From: Candidatus Spongiisociaceae bacterium
Lineage (GTDB): Bacteria; Actinomycetota; Acidimicrobiia; Spongiisociales; Spongiisociaceae
Assembly (NCBI GenBank): GCA_965262915.1
Contig: OZ253564.1
Coordinates: 512,001-576,000, forward strand
DNA: 64,000 nucleotides
Reading direction: 5' to 3'
Shown here: piece after piece, positions 21,130-32,736 of the stretch
Position numbering within the stretch: position 1 is the stretch's first letter
How the letters are laid out: every line of letters begins with the position of its first letter
The notes under the pieces: model-generated
What the model saw: the letters and a program-made list of their open reading frames with translations, nothing else
The model's database searches: none
Told to the model about the DNA's origin: nothing
Position numbers and translations under genes: made by a program

Positions 21130-22220
21130 GGGCCAGCAGCCTCGTTCTCGTCTACCGCACGCCACACCGCGGCCGCCACCGCGCGGGCGAGCAACGGGGG
21201 CACGGCGTTGCCCACTTGCATATAGCCACTCCACTTGGTGTGGTCAACCCAGAACCAGTCGGGCATGGACTGGAACCGCCGCGGCCTCACGCACCGTGAT
21301 GACACGAGGAAAGGCATGTGGATCGGTCTCGGCGCCGTTTGGCTACCGCGGCCTGGCAACGTACCAGCGCGGATAGTGGGCGCCGGCCGGTCCGGGTGCA
21401 ACCTCAAGAAGCGGCTGATCGGCTCCGGAGTACCCGGACTCACTGATCGGAACCGCTCCTCCACAGCAGGCGCTTGCCTGACGCGGTCGCAGCCCGTGAG
21501 AGCTCCAGGGAGCGCCCGCGGACGCGCTCTGTCACCATCGTCCGGCGCATCGCCGCCGGAGCCGCAAAGCGTAGGAACTGGCCTGCCCAAGCGCGCCGTC
21601 ATGCTCCCCGTACAGTCCAAGCCGGCAGTTCTCAAGCAGCTCAAGATCACCAATTGCATCCCGCCGCCGGTCGGCGTCGCCGCGCCGGACTCCTGCGGCG
21701 CCTTGGGTAGCGGCAGTCCGCTCCGAGCGCCCACCATAAACACTCGTCGCCGACGCTGCGGAACGCCGAAGTCTGCAGCATTGAGCAACCACGGCTTGCC
21801 CAACTCGTAGCCCGCTCGCCTCATATCGCGATCGAACCCCTCGGCGATCCCCCGTGCCCCGGGCAAAAGGATGCCAGGAACGTTCTCCATGACGAAGTAG
21901 CGCGGGCTGGCCTCGCGGACGAGGCGGCCGAACTCTTTTGCCAGTCCGCCGGCGATCATCATCCTGCCGCCTGAGCCCACCGACCGAGAACGCAGCGCAA
22001 GGAGGCCCTCCGATCAGCACAGTGCAGGAGCGTAGACCCGCGGCGCAAAAACTCTGGCGTCGGCGGCGAGCACAGCCGCGTCGGGAAAGTTTCGAGCGTA
22101 GGCCCTAATAGCCCGCTCATCGCTGTCCACACCGAGGGCGGGCACGAAGCCCGCCTGCTCGAAGCCGAGCGAGAAACCGCCAGCGCCAGCGAACAAACCG
22201 ATGACGGTCGTATGCTCCAT
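21126..22220 (-). pseudogene. dcm: C5 cytosine DNA methyltransferase, frameshifted (decay or sequencing indels)
   Basis: LFAGAGG, GGPPC..FS, MENV, VPQRRRRVF and QVGNAVPP spread over different frames. Confidence 0.85.
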
Positions 22221-22281
22221 CGGAAACAACACTACCCGCTGTCCCCCCAGCCGCCTGCATAATCCCGGTATCACCTTCGCG

Positions 22282-22314
22282 TTGCCAGAGATACTCCGCC
22301 AATATCTCTACTTT
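22282..22314. promoter_or_regulatory. lox-like recombination site 3
   Basis: TTGCCAGAGATAC-TCCGCCA-ATATCTCTACTTT, spacer identical to site 1. Confidence 0.65.
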
Positions 22315-22529
22315 GGCGGCGGGCCCCTGAGTACGTCCGAACGAGCCGTCGGATCGTTAACCAACATAAGCCAAGCGGCTGGAAGCCGATTAACGGGCCG
22401 GGTGTTCCCCCCAAAGGGTGGGGAAGGCGCGTTGGTGGTATACTGGTGGGGCTGTGGGCAGTAGCCTGCGGAAGCGGGGTTCGGTACCTCTCCGGACGGT
22501 GAGTGGCCGGACTTTCGCGCGTCTGGGGG

Positions 22530-23024
22530 TCAGCGTTGGTCAACGTCGCGGACGTATTCGAGGATGTCGCTGATTCGGGACCGCCAGTTGCGCTGGGCTC
22601 CGTATGACCACGCTACGGCGTCGGCTACCCATAGCAGGGGTTCCTCGTAGCCTGATAGGTGTTGGTAGGACAGAGCGGCTGGTGCGTTACCGGCGCGGAT
22701 GGCCGCCGCGATCTGGCGGCGTTCTTGGGTGTCTTGGCCGGTTTCTCGCCGTTCGATGACGATCCGTCCTATGTCGGTGTTCCCCGAGTCGCTCAGTATC
22801 GCCGCCAGGGCCTGCCGGCGAGCGAGGGGCTCTTTTTTGGTTGAGGTGTACACCCGGGCGCGGACGGGGAGTTTGGACATCGCTGCGAGCAGCCCCCGAC
22901 GGCGGCGGGCGCTCTCGTTGACGAAGTGCAGCCGCCGTTGGCCTGGCATCAGCAGGGCTCGTAGTCCCACCCGGACGGCGGGTAGGTCACCGGGGTTGAC
23001 CAAGACCACACAGACCAGATAGAG
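22530..23024 (-). pseudogene. DUF3800-like protein, 5' end removed by IS30
   Basis: YLVCVVLV..RRLHFVNE..EPLLWVADAVAW; N-terminus runs into the IS30 end. Confidence 0.55.
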
Positions 23025-24476
23025 CCCGGGTTCAAGGGGTCGTTGCAACACTGCCTTGTTGGAGGGAGTGTAGGTGCTCGTTGAGGGTCTCGGCGGGGGT
23101 CTTCCAGTTGAGGGTTTTGCGGGGTCGGCTGTTGAGTGCTGCAGCGACGGCGTCGAGGTCGTTGCGTGAGTGTCTGTGGAGGTCGGTGCCTTTGGGGAAG
23201 TATTGGCGTAGGAGGCCGTTGGTGTTCTCGTTGGTTCCGCGCTGCCATGGACTCTGCGGGTCGCAGAAGTAGATGTCGAGGTTGGTGTCTGTGCGGAGCT
23301 GGGCGTGTTGTGCCATTTCGACTCCTTGGTCCCAGGTCAGCGAGCGGCGGAGCTGTTGGGGCAGGGTGATGATCGACGCAGCGATAGCGTCTCGTACGGC
23401 TTGGGCGCCGTGGCCGGCGAGAGGGGGCCCGTTGTGGACCCGTTGCTGTTTTCGGTGGCCTGGCATGGGTGGGAGGTGCAGCAGCATCGTGAACCGGGTG
23501 GTCCGCTCCACCAGTGTTCCGATCGCAGAACTGTGGAGTCCGATGATCAGGTCGCCTTCCCAGTGGCCTGGCACTGCCCGGTCGTCGGCCTCGGCGGGGC
23601 GTTGGGTGATCATGATCTCGGGAGCAACGAACGTCTTGCGTCGCCTCCGGGTTCGTGCCCTGGGGACCCGCAACGCTCGCCCGGTCCGCAAACAAGCCAC
23701 CAACTCGCGTTTGAGCGCACCCCTGCCTTGCACATAAAGCGCCTGGTAGATCGCTTCGTGGGAGATTCTCATCGACTCATTATCGGGGAAATCGACCCGG
23801 AGCCGGTTCGAGATCTGCTCAGGGCTCCACGACGTTGCCCACCGTCGATCCTTTCGGGGCCCATGACGGCGACCGACCCAGCGCACCTGGGGGCCTGGCA
23901 CCAGCTCACCATCGGGGCGGGCGATAACGCCACCGAGACGATCTTGGACGTACCGGCGAAGCTTGTCGTTCTCAGCGAGCTTCGCCACCTTCGGACGGCA
24001 GGCACGCCGATCCGAATGCCACTGCGCGGTCGTGGCCCGATACTCCAGGCCTCCGCTACGGGTTGCGGCGTTGCGGCGCAACTCACGTGAGATCGTCGAC
24101 GCACACCGACCCAGGCGGCGGGCGATCTCACGCACCCCACAGTCGCGGGCGTGGAGAACCGCGATCTCTTCCCGCTCAACAAAAGATAAATAGCGTCCCG
24201 AAACAGGGACGAAAGAAAATGGGACCATCCCACCATTCTCGCGGAACCAACGCGAACCAACCGCGGGCGACACACCAGCCGCCACACCGGCATCCTCGCT
24301 CGACAACCCACCAGCGATCCCTTCCCAAAACCGCTCCCGATGCTCACGCCGCCCGACCGGCGGACGACCAGGCGACCGCATCGCCGGCCGCAACGCACGA
24401 TCAGCCCTACGAACCTTCCTTGCTCCCATTGCAACTCCTCACTCTCGAGACGTTGCGACGACCGTTTGAATCCACC
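23025..24476 (-). mobile_element. IS30 family element (copy 1)
   Basis: Ends GGTTCAAGGGGTCGTTGCAAC / GTTGCGACGACCGTTTGAATCC enclose the transposase. Confidence 0.9.
23032..24429 (-). CDS. IS30 family transposase
   Basis: WSPEQIS, ISHEAIYQ, GHWEGDL, TWDQG, SPWQRGTNENTNGLLRQYFPKG. Confidence 0.95.
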   Translation of the reverse strand: MGARKVRRADRALRPAMRSPGRPPVGRREHRERFWEGIAGGLSSEDAGVAAGVSPAVGSRWFRENGGMVPFSFVPVSGRYLSFVEREEIAVLHARDCGVREIARRLGRCASTISRELRRNAATRSGGLEYRATTAQWHSDRRACRPKVAKLAENDKLRRYVQDRLGGVIARPDGELVPGPQVRWVGRRHGPRKDRRWATSWSPEQISNRLRVDFPDNESMRISHEAIYQALYVQGRGALKRELVACLRTGRALRVPRARTRRRRKTFVAPEIMITQRPAEADDRAVPGHWEGDLIIGLHSSAIGTLVERTTRFTMLLHLPPMPGHRKQQRVHNGPPLAGHGAQAVRDAIAASIITLPQQLRRSLTWDQGVEMAQHAQLRTDTNLDIYFCDPQSPWQRGTNENTNGLLRQYFPKGTDLHRHSRNDLDAVAAALNSRPRKTLNWKTPAETLNEHLHSLQQGSVATTP

Positions 24477-24812
24477 CAATATCTGTCCATTCGCTACACG
24501 AACCGGCTGGCGGAAGCCGGCATCGAGCCATCGGTCGGCTCGGTTGGGGATTCGTACGATAACGCCCTCGCCGAATCCGTCATCGGTCTGTACAAGACAG
24601 AACTCATCCACAAACGCGCTCCGTGGAAGGACCTCGACCAGGTCGAGTACGCCACCCTCGAATACGTGGACTGGTTCAACCACCGCCGGCTTCTCGAACC
24701 CATCGGAGACATCCCACCAGCAGAAAAGGAGGCCAACTACCATCGTCAACAGGAACGAGTCCAGCTAGCTGGACTCAAGTAAAACACTCTCCGGCAAACC
24801 CGGTACGGTTCA
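24477..24812 (+). mobile_element. IS3 family 3' fragment with right IR
   Basis: [30 protein letters not shown]; ends CCCGGTACGGTTCA. Confidence 0.9.
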
Positions 24813-25036
24813 CTCCTCGCCTACGACACCGAACTGCTCACCTGCACAGGTGGCGTCGCCGCCCACCAAGCAGCAACCCCCGAATTGCTCACCGAACTCG
24901 CCGGCAGCAACAACCATTGGATACGACGCGCAGTCGCCCAACACCACAACACCCCACCAGAAATACTCGAACAGCTCACCACCGACCCAGACCCCTCAGT
25001 ACAGTGGGCAGCCGCCACCAACCCCACACGCCCTGA
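24813..25036 (+). pseudogene. LRV/HEAT-repeat protein 3' fragment
   Basis: Frame reads TPELLTELAG..WIRRAVAQHHNTPPEILEQLTTDPDPSVQWAAATNPHTP*; 5' end cut by IS3. Confidence 0.6.
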
Positions 25037-25323
25037 ACCCACTATCCGGTCGCGCTAGCCAACATCCCCTCCGCCCACAACTCGGGTACTTCCGGGAGTA
25101 CCTCAGGGAAAAGAAGCAACAACAAGCCCCTGGACCGTAGATCTCAGACAACTACGGATCCAGGCGCTACATGTAGATCTTGCCCTGAGACTTGAGCTAT
25201 TCGGATCTGCTGCCGCGGGCGGCCACAGGACCGGCGTGTCTGCAACTCGGGGTCTTCGCGTGTTGTGGGCTGTTGAGTTCGCGGGTTAGGGGTGTTGGCG
25301 GGGATTCTGGCCTATTTCAGTAG

Positions 25324-25671
25324 TCAGCCCAGTTCAGCGATCAAGGTAGCCACTTCTTCCCGCAGAACCGGTATTCCGTCCTGTAGGTTGTGCCACAGTT
25401 CTGTCCAGTCCCGCGTGAACAGCCGGTGGGACATCACGTTGCGAGACCCGATGAGCGACCTGCGGCCGGTTATCCGGTGCCTGTAGTCGGGGAACTTGGT
25501 CGTCATCTGGTTGACCGCTTCGCCGATGTCGTGGTTCCATGCGAAGGCGCGGTCCTGCGCGTCGGTGTCGTTCAGGAACTCTTCCAAGGTCATGCCCGCT
25601 AGCAGGCTCGCTGCCTGTTCGCATCTACGGCCGATCAGGTCTAGGTAGGCGCGGGGGTCAGGGACGGGCAT
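25324..25671 (-). CDS. HepT/DUF86 HEPN ribonuclease toxin
   Basis: MTLEEFL, IGEA, RNVMSH (R-x4-H), LW. Confidence 0.8.
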   Translation of the reverse strand: MPVPDPRAYLDLIGRRCEQAASLLAGMTLEEFLNDTDAQDRAFAWNHDIGEAVNQMTTKFPDYRHRITGRRSLIGSRNVMSHRLFTRDWTELWHNLQDGIPVLREEVATLIAELG

Positions 25672-26089
25672 ACAGTTCGACTTTGGTGGCGTCCACCGAC
25701 GCTTGGAAATACTTGTTGTCGATGAACTTGTAGGAGCCTATGTCGATCTGTTCGCGGCCTTCGGTTTCGGTGAGCCACCCGTCGAAAACGTCTCGGAGGG
25801 CGGCCCGGAGCGCACGGTAGTTGACCGGATACGCCGACCCGGGACGGGTTGGGGGTCCGAACGGGCAGTGTTCGGAAGGTCCGTCGTAGGCCATGCCCGC
25901 TCCCGGCGCGAACACGACCATGAAATCCAAGTCTGATAGTCGGGGCTGATAGTCGGGGCTGACAGCCGACCCGTACAGCCACAGCCGGTCCACGTGGAAC
26001 TGTTCGCACGCTGCCCGTATCTGCGGCAGCCGGTCGCGGACGAAACGGGGAAGACGCGGCGTGAACGGAACATCGACAGTGACAGCCAT
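25658..26089 (-). CDS. Minimal nucleotidyltransferase (MNT) antitoxin
   Basis: LWLYGSAV..SDLDFMV; overlaps the HEPN gene. Confidence 0.8.
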   Translation of the reverse strand: MAVTVDVPFTPRLPRFVRDRLPQIRAACEQFHVDRLWLYGSAVSPDYQPRLSDLDFMVVFAPGAGMAYDGPSEHCPFGPPTRPGSAYPVNYRALRAALRDVFDGWLTETEGREQIDIGSYKFIDNKYFQASVDATKVELYARP

Positions 26090-26419
26090 AACCCCGCCCA
26101 TTCTACCAGCCGACAGGTCGGAGAAGGGTCTTGTGGCAGCGGGTCAGAGGGGCCTGTCGGGGCTGCAGACGGACCATCATGCACCGAGGCCGCTACATCC
26201 CGGACGGCGGGGCGGTATCGCTCTCTCAGAGCAGCAGCGGGGGTCTCAGCCCCGCTAGGAGATATGCGCTGTTCGGCCGGGCCGAACCGGACCGTCCCCG
26301 GGTTCGACACCACACCGGACGGCAGTCCCAATGATGATCCCAGTCGCCGTCCGGGGACCGGCGCGGGATACCGAGCTTCGAGAGGGGGGCTGCCCAGCAG
26401 TTGCTGTTGAGCCCACCGG

Positions 26420-26658
26420 CGCGGGCATAGGTGATCAGCTTCCCGAGGTGGCCATGGTCGGTCGTCTCCAAGAGGTTCTCCACGACGACTCGCTGGCTCG
26501 TGTTCGTGTCCCGAAGAACCAGGTCCGCGGAGAACGTCCCGACGGGGACTTCTTCGCCTTCGAGCTCAAGGTCCATCTGGAGTTCCTTGCCAAGCAGGTT
26601 TGGGTTGGGCGCGAGCCACGGTGTGAAGTCTCGGGCTTCGTCCCGCCACACCGACCGA
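26420..26658 (-). pseudogene. DUF4268-associated PD-(D/E)xK nuclease N-terminal fragment
   Basis: WRDEARDFTPWLA..VGTFSADL..VVVEN..TDHGHLGKLITYA; truncated on both sides. Confidence 0.7.
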
Positions 26659-26994
26659 TGAACCGTACCGGGTTTGCCGGAGAGTGTTTTACTTGAGTCC
26701 AGCTAGCTGGACTCGCTTTTGTTGACGATGGTAGTTGTCCTCCCTTTCTGCTGGTGGGATGTTCCCTATTGGTTCGAGGAGTCGACGGTGGTTGAACCAG
26801 TCCACGTACTCGAGGGTGGCGTACTCGACCTGGTCCTGGTCCTTCCATGGTCCCCTCTGTCGGATGAGTTCGGCCTTGTAGAAGCCGATGACTGATTCGG
26901 CCAGGGCGTTGTCGTAGGAGTCTCCGACTGATCCGACCGACGGTGAGATGCCGGCTTCCGCCAGCCGCATGCTGTAGCGGATGGACAGGTATTG
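26659..26994 (-). mobile_element. IS3 family 3' fragment with right IR (inverted)
   Basis: Starts TGAACCGTACCGGG; [18 protein letters not shown] on the minus strand. Confidence 0.9.
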
Positions 26995-28784
<1,790 letters not shown>

Positions 28785-28971
28785 AACTGGCACATCTCCA
28801 AGGTAACCAACGGACCCACCGAAGCGCTCAACAACCTAATCAAACGGATCAAACGAGCAGCGTTCGGGTTCCGCAACTTCGCGAACTACCGAATACGGGC
28901 ACTCCTCTACGCCGGAAAACCCAACTGGGACCTACTCGCGACCGTCACTCCCCACTAAAACGCGATGAGCC
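28785..28971 (+). mobile_element. ISL3 family 3' fragment with right IR
   Basis: TNGPTEALNNLIKRIKRAAFGFRNFANYRIRALL; ends CGCGATGAGCC. Confidence 0.85.
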
Positions 28972-29116
28972 TGTTTCCCCAGGTAGATGGCGGTTTCCGG
29001 CGGTCGGCGGCCGGTGGCGTGCATAACACGGTCGAATATACGACGGTTACTACTGGTCAACGATGGTCAGCAGAGACCCGGCTAGTAGACGATCTCCCGC
29101 GTACCGTGAACCCCCT

Positions 29117-29284
29117 ATGAGCAGAGTCCGTCCCCCAGGGCGCCCACCACCCACATATCCCCCCGGCCGCTACTGCACCACCGACAGCTGCACGGCGCGC
29201 CTATCCATCTACAACCCGACCGACCACTGCGGCCTCCACTCCCCCCGCCGACACCCACACAAACGGAACCGCCGAGGCTGGTGA
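29117..29284 (+). CDS. Small Cys/His (putative Zn-binding) protein
   Basis: C-x4-C-TARLSIYN-x4-C-x2-H, conserved in the paralogous block at ~4090-4210. Confidence 0.5.
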   Translation: MSRVRPPGRPPPTYPPGRYCTTDSCTARLSIYNPTDHCGLHSPRRHPHKRNRRGW

Positions 29285-29864
29285 GACTATCGGGCGGGTA
29301 GCCGCTGTCGGCGGCCGGTCGAGCCTCCCGAGTCCTTTCAGAGGTTGGGAATACGGCAGTAGGTGGGAGGGGCCGTTACGTGGGGGGAAACGGCCCGAGG
29401 TTCCCGGGCCCAGAACGCTGCTCTACCCGCGGGCTCGCCGGATGCGGGACACCATCGACCACCACTCCCGATCCGCCACCGGCGCGTCTTTACCCACCAG
29501 CACCCGCAGCGACACAAGCAAGAGCCGATATTGGGTGACCACCATTAGGCTGCCCCTCGTCGAGACCATACCAACCGACACGAGCCCCCAGCGGAAGGGT
29601 GCTCCGCTGCCGCCACCCGGCGAACAGCCATGGAACCGGGTTCCCCAGCACGCCGTTGGTGGCTCTCCCCCTCGAGGGGTTTCGGACGGAAACGACCCCG
29701 AAACCGTCCCAAACCGGCCCTAAGATCGTTAACTAACATAACGCAAAGGGCTGGGAGCCGTTTTGCGGGCTGGGAGAACCCTGCCATGAGCCGGGGAGGC
29801 TTGGCCGTCCTGGTTTGTGTCTTCTTTTCTTGGGCGTCGGCGGGTGGGCCTGTCGGGGGTGTCC

Positions 29865-29914
29865 ATGCCCTGCCATGCCGCGCCGAGCCCAGCCACGCCA
29901 CGCCCAGCCAAGCC
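29865..29914 (-). ncRNA. (GGC-NN)x10 pentamer array, candidate guide RNA
   Basis: Minus strand GGCtt GGCtg GGCgt GGCgt GGCtg GGCtc GGCgc GGCat GGCag GGCat; the array is seen directly, its RNA function is inferred. Confidence 0.6.
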
Positions 29915-29954
29915 GCGAAGAAGGTTGGCCCTGCGCGAAAACACTCATACTTAT

Positions 29955-30135
29955 AGGGTTTCCGGTTGGGGCCGGGTCTGACTCACGCGAAAACTGGCCT
30001 TTGGTGCCTTTCCCACGATCTGTCGACCTGGCCCCGGCTAGGAACCCTGAACCGGGGAGCGGGGTGACTTGATAGGAGCCTTCGACTTCTCCACCGTGAG
30101 TGTTCTGTCCGCCGCTCTGCCCGGCTCCGGGGGTT
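29955..30135 (+). ncRNA. IS110 bridge RNA (target-binding loop, then donor-binding loop)
   Basis: Two hairpins with internal loops holding CGCGAAAAC/CCCACG (match the target) and ATAGGAGC/TGAGTG (match the circle junction). Confidence 0.75.
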
Positions 30136-30166
30136 GGATTCTAGGCAGCCGACGAAAGGCGAGCAC

Positions 30167-31399
30167 ATGGCGGAGCAAGTTAGGGCCGATGGGGTAGGTG
30201 TGGTTGGCGGGGTGGACACACATCGGGATTTCCACGTTGGGGCGGTGGTGGATGGCGCGGGTCGCCTGTTGGGATCCGATCAGTTCGGCGCTGATACCTC
30301 CGGTTATGCCCAACTGGTCGCCTGGATGGAGTCGTGGGGTCGGATCACACGGGTCGGGGTGGAAGGAACGGGCAGCTACGGCGCTGGGCTCACACGTCAT
30401 CTTGCCGAGGCGGGTATCGGTGTGGTGGAGGTGAACCGTCCCAACCGCCAGCTTCGCCGGCGGCGGGGCAAGGATGACACCACCGACGCCGAAGCAGCAG
30501 CCCGGGCTGCTCTCAACGGTGAAGCGACCGCCCTACCCAAGACGGGCGACGGACCGGTAGAAGCCACCAGGATGCTGCGGGTAGTTCGCCGCTCCGCGGT
30601 CAAAGCCCGCACCCAGGCCGCCAACCAGCTGCACGCTCTGGTAGTAACCGCTCCTGAGCAGGTCAAACACCAACTCCGGGATCTCCCGACCCGGACACAG
30701 GTCAAGGTCTGTGCCCGCTTCCGTCCGGGCACAGCGCAGACCACTGCGGCATACGCCAAGCGGGCACTGCGGCTTCTAGCCCGCCGATACCAGAATCTAG
30801 ACACCGAGATCACACAGGTCGACAAACAGATCCGCGGTCTCTGCGCACGGGCCAACCCTGCGTTGCTGGCCGCCTACGGAGTAGGACCCGACACCGCCGC
30901 TGCTCTGCTGGTCGCTGCTGGTGACAACCCACGACGTATGAACTCAGAAGCAGCCTTCGCGGCCCTCTGCGGTGTCAGCCCCGTAGCCGCATCATCGGGA
31001 CGGATAGTGCGGCACCGTCTCAACCGAGGCGGCAACCGCCAAGCAAACAACGCGCTATGGCGGATCGCTACCAACCGAATGCGCACCGACGCTGCCACCA
31101 AAGAATATGTCACCAGACGCGAAGCGGAAGGAAAAACCCACACCGAAATAATCCGCTGCCTGAAACGCCACATCGCCCGCGAGATATACCACCTCCTCAC
31201 CGACCCGCCCCCAACACCCCACGGAACCGACCTACGCCACCGCCGAACCCAAGCCCGAATCACCCTCACCCGCGCCGCCCACCACCTCGACACGCAGCCC
31301 ACCGTCCTATCACAACTCGAACGAGGCCTCCACCACAACCACCACCTCGCTACCCGATACCAACACTGGCTCACCCAACAACCGATTTGCAAAACATAG
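30167..31399 (+). CDS. IS110 family recombinase with C-terminal XRE-like HTH
   Basis: GVDTH, GVEGTGSYG, GKDDTTDA (DEDD), GVGP, SSG..RLNRGGNR; RBS GAAAGG. Confidence 0.95.
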   Translation: MAEQVRADGVGVVGGVDTHRDFHVGAVVDGAGRLLGSDQFGADTSGYAQLVAWMESWGRITRVGVEGTGSYGAGLTRHLAEAGIGVVEVNRPNRQLRRRRGKDDTTDAEAAARAALNGEATALPKTGDGPVEATRMLRVVRRSAVKARTQAANQLHALVVTAPEQVKHQLRDLPTRTQVKVCARFRPGTAQTTAAYAKRALRLLARRYQNLDTEITQVDKQIRGLCARANPALLAAYGVGPDTAAALLVAAGDNPRRMNSEAAFAALCGVSPVAASSGRIVRHRLNRGGNRQANNALWRIATNRMRTDAATKEYVTRREAEGKTHTEIIRCLKRHIAREIYHLLTDPPPTPHGTDLRHRRTQARITLTRAAHHLDTQPTVLSQLERGLHHNHHLATRYQHWLTQQPICKT

Positions 31400-31498
31400 G
31401 AGCATCGTGGGTTGGGTGGGGTGAAATCCTTGGAATGGGGGTGAGGCCCCGCTGGAATCGGTGAATAGCCAACATCGCCGATCCAGGGAGAGGCCTCG

Positions 31499-32695
31499 AT
31501 GTCTGATGTTATGCAAGTACGGCTGCACCTGTCGGGTGTTCGCGTGATGAGAGTGCTGGTCGACTCTGTTGAGCGTCTTGAGGTTGAAGTCGAATCGGCT
31601 CGGGAGTGGTCGCGGTGCCGCCATTGCGGGTTCCGCTGCTATCGGGTGTGGGACCGACGGCCCAAGAGGGTTCGTGACCTGGGGGTGAGCGGCCGCCGCA
31701 CCACGCTGGTGTGGCGGCGACGCCGGTTCGAATGTGGGAACTGTGGCGAGCGGCACCTCGAGGACCACGACCAGTTCGAAGCTGGCCTAACCCGCCGGTT
31801 CGCCCGTCGCCTGGTGGCGGATGCAACGGTGATGTCGATTCGGGCAGCGTCCCGCCATCATGGGGTGGGGTGGCATCGGATCATGGGCCTTGTCCGCGCG
31901 GAGGCGGCTCAGGTGGCGCAGCGTCGCCGGGCCCGGCCGTGTCGTGTGCTGTTGGTCGACGAAACGTCGATACGGCGCCGTCACCGGTATGTGACCGTGG
32001 TGGCCTGTGGCGACAGCGGCAAGGTGCTGGCGATGATCCCGGGCCGTACGAAAGGGTCGCTGGCCAGGTTCTTTAGGGATCAAGGACCCCAGTGGTGCCG
32101 GCAGGTGGAGATAGTCGTGAGCGACGGGTCCCGCTCATATCAGGCCGCAATCGCACAGTATCTGCCAGCTGCTCGCCATGTGCTCGACCGGTTCCACGTC
32201 GTACGCTGGTTCACCCAAGGCCTCACTCTGGTACGCAGAGAGCTGCAGCGCCGCGACCCCCACCGGCGTCCCCCAACGTTCGAGCCGGATCTGTCCCGAG
32301 CCCGCTTCACCCTCCTGCGCCGGGCCGATCACCTAACCGAAGCCCACCAGGCGCACCTCGACAGACTGTTCGATGCTCATCCCCGTCTCCGCACCGCGTG
32401 GGACGCTCTCCAAGAGCTCTACCAGCTATATCAGGCAGACGACCTCGACGGGGCCAACCAGGCGCTCGGACGGTTCGCCGACCTCTACGCCACCGGCCAG
32501 ATACCCCAATACCACCAAGTCGTGGACACCATCATCGCATGGGGAGAACAGATCTTGGCCTACCACACCACCCAACGACGGGTATCCAACGGACCCCCCG
32601 AAGGGATCAACAACCTCCACCAAGTCCTACGACGCGTCGCCCACGGCTTCACCAACTACGACAACTACGCCGCCCGAGGAATCCTCGTAACATGA
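31499..32695 (+). CDS. ISL3 family transposase
   Basis: N-terminal CxxC..CxxC, LVDETS, VVSDG, LDRFHVV, SNGPPEGINN. Confidence 0.93.
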   Translation: MSDVMQVRLHLSGVRVMRVLVDSVERLEVEVESAREWSRCRHCGFRCYRVWDRRPKRVRDLGVSGRRTTLVWRRRRFECGNCGERHLEDHDQFEAGLTRRFARRLVADATVMSIRAASRHHGVGWHRIMGLVRAEAAQVAQRRRARPCRVLLVDETSIRRRHRYVTVVACGDSGKVLAMIPGRTKGSLARFFRDQGPQWCRQVEIVVSDGSRSYQAAIAQYLPAARHVLDRFHVVRWFTQGLTLVRRELQRRDPHRRPPTFEPDLSRARFTLLRRADHLTEAHQAHLDRLFDAHPRLRTAWDALQELYQLYQADDLDGANQALGRFADLYATGQIPQYHQVVDTIIAWGEQILAYHTTQRRVSNGPPEGINNLHQVLRRVAHGFTNYDNYAARGILVT

Positions 32696-32736
32696 CCCCA
32701 CACCGAGCGCCAGCACAGCCAAAACCCACGATGCTC

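Larger units (their letters stand above)
29943..31406 (+). mobile_element. IS110 family element (copy 1)
   Basis: No terminal IRs; boundaries set by comparison with the empty IR at 16208 and with inverted copy 2. Confidence 0.9.

Noticed and set aside
30134-32695. G/T-rich 5' halves and C/A-rich 3' halves of the transposase genes
   Set aside because: Seen in all IS types here and in the primase; looks like a general compositional trait of these mobile genes, not a separate system
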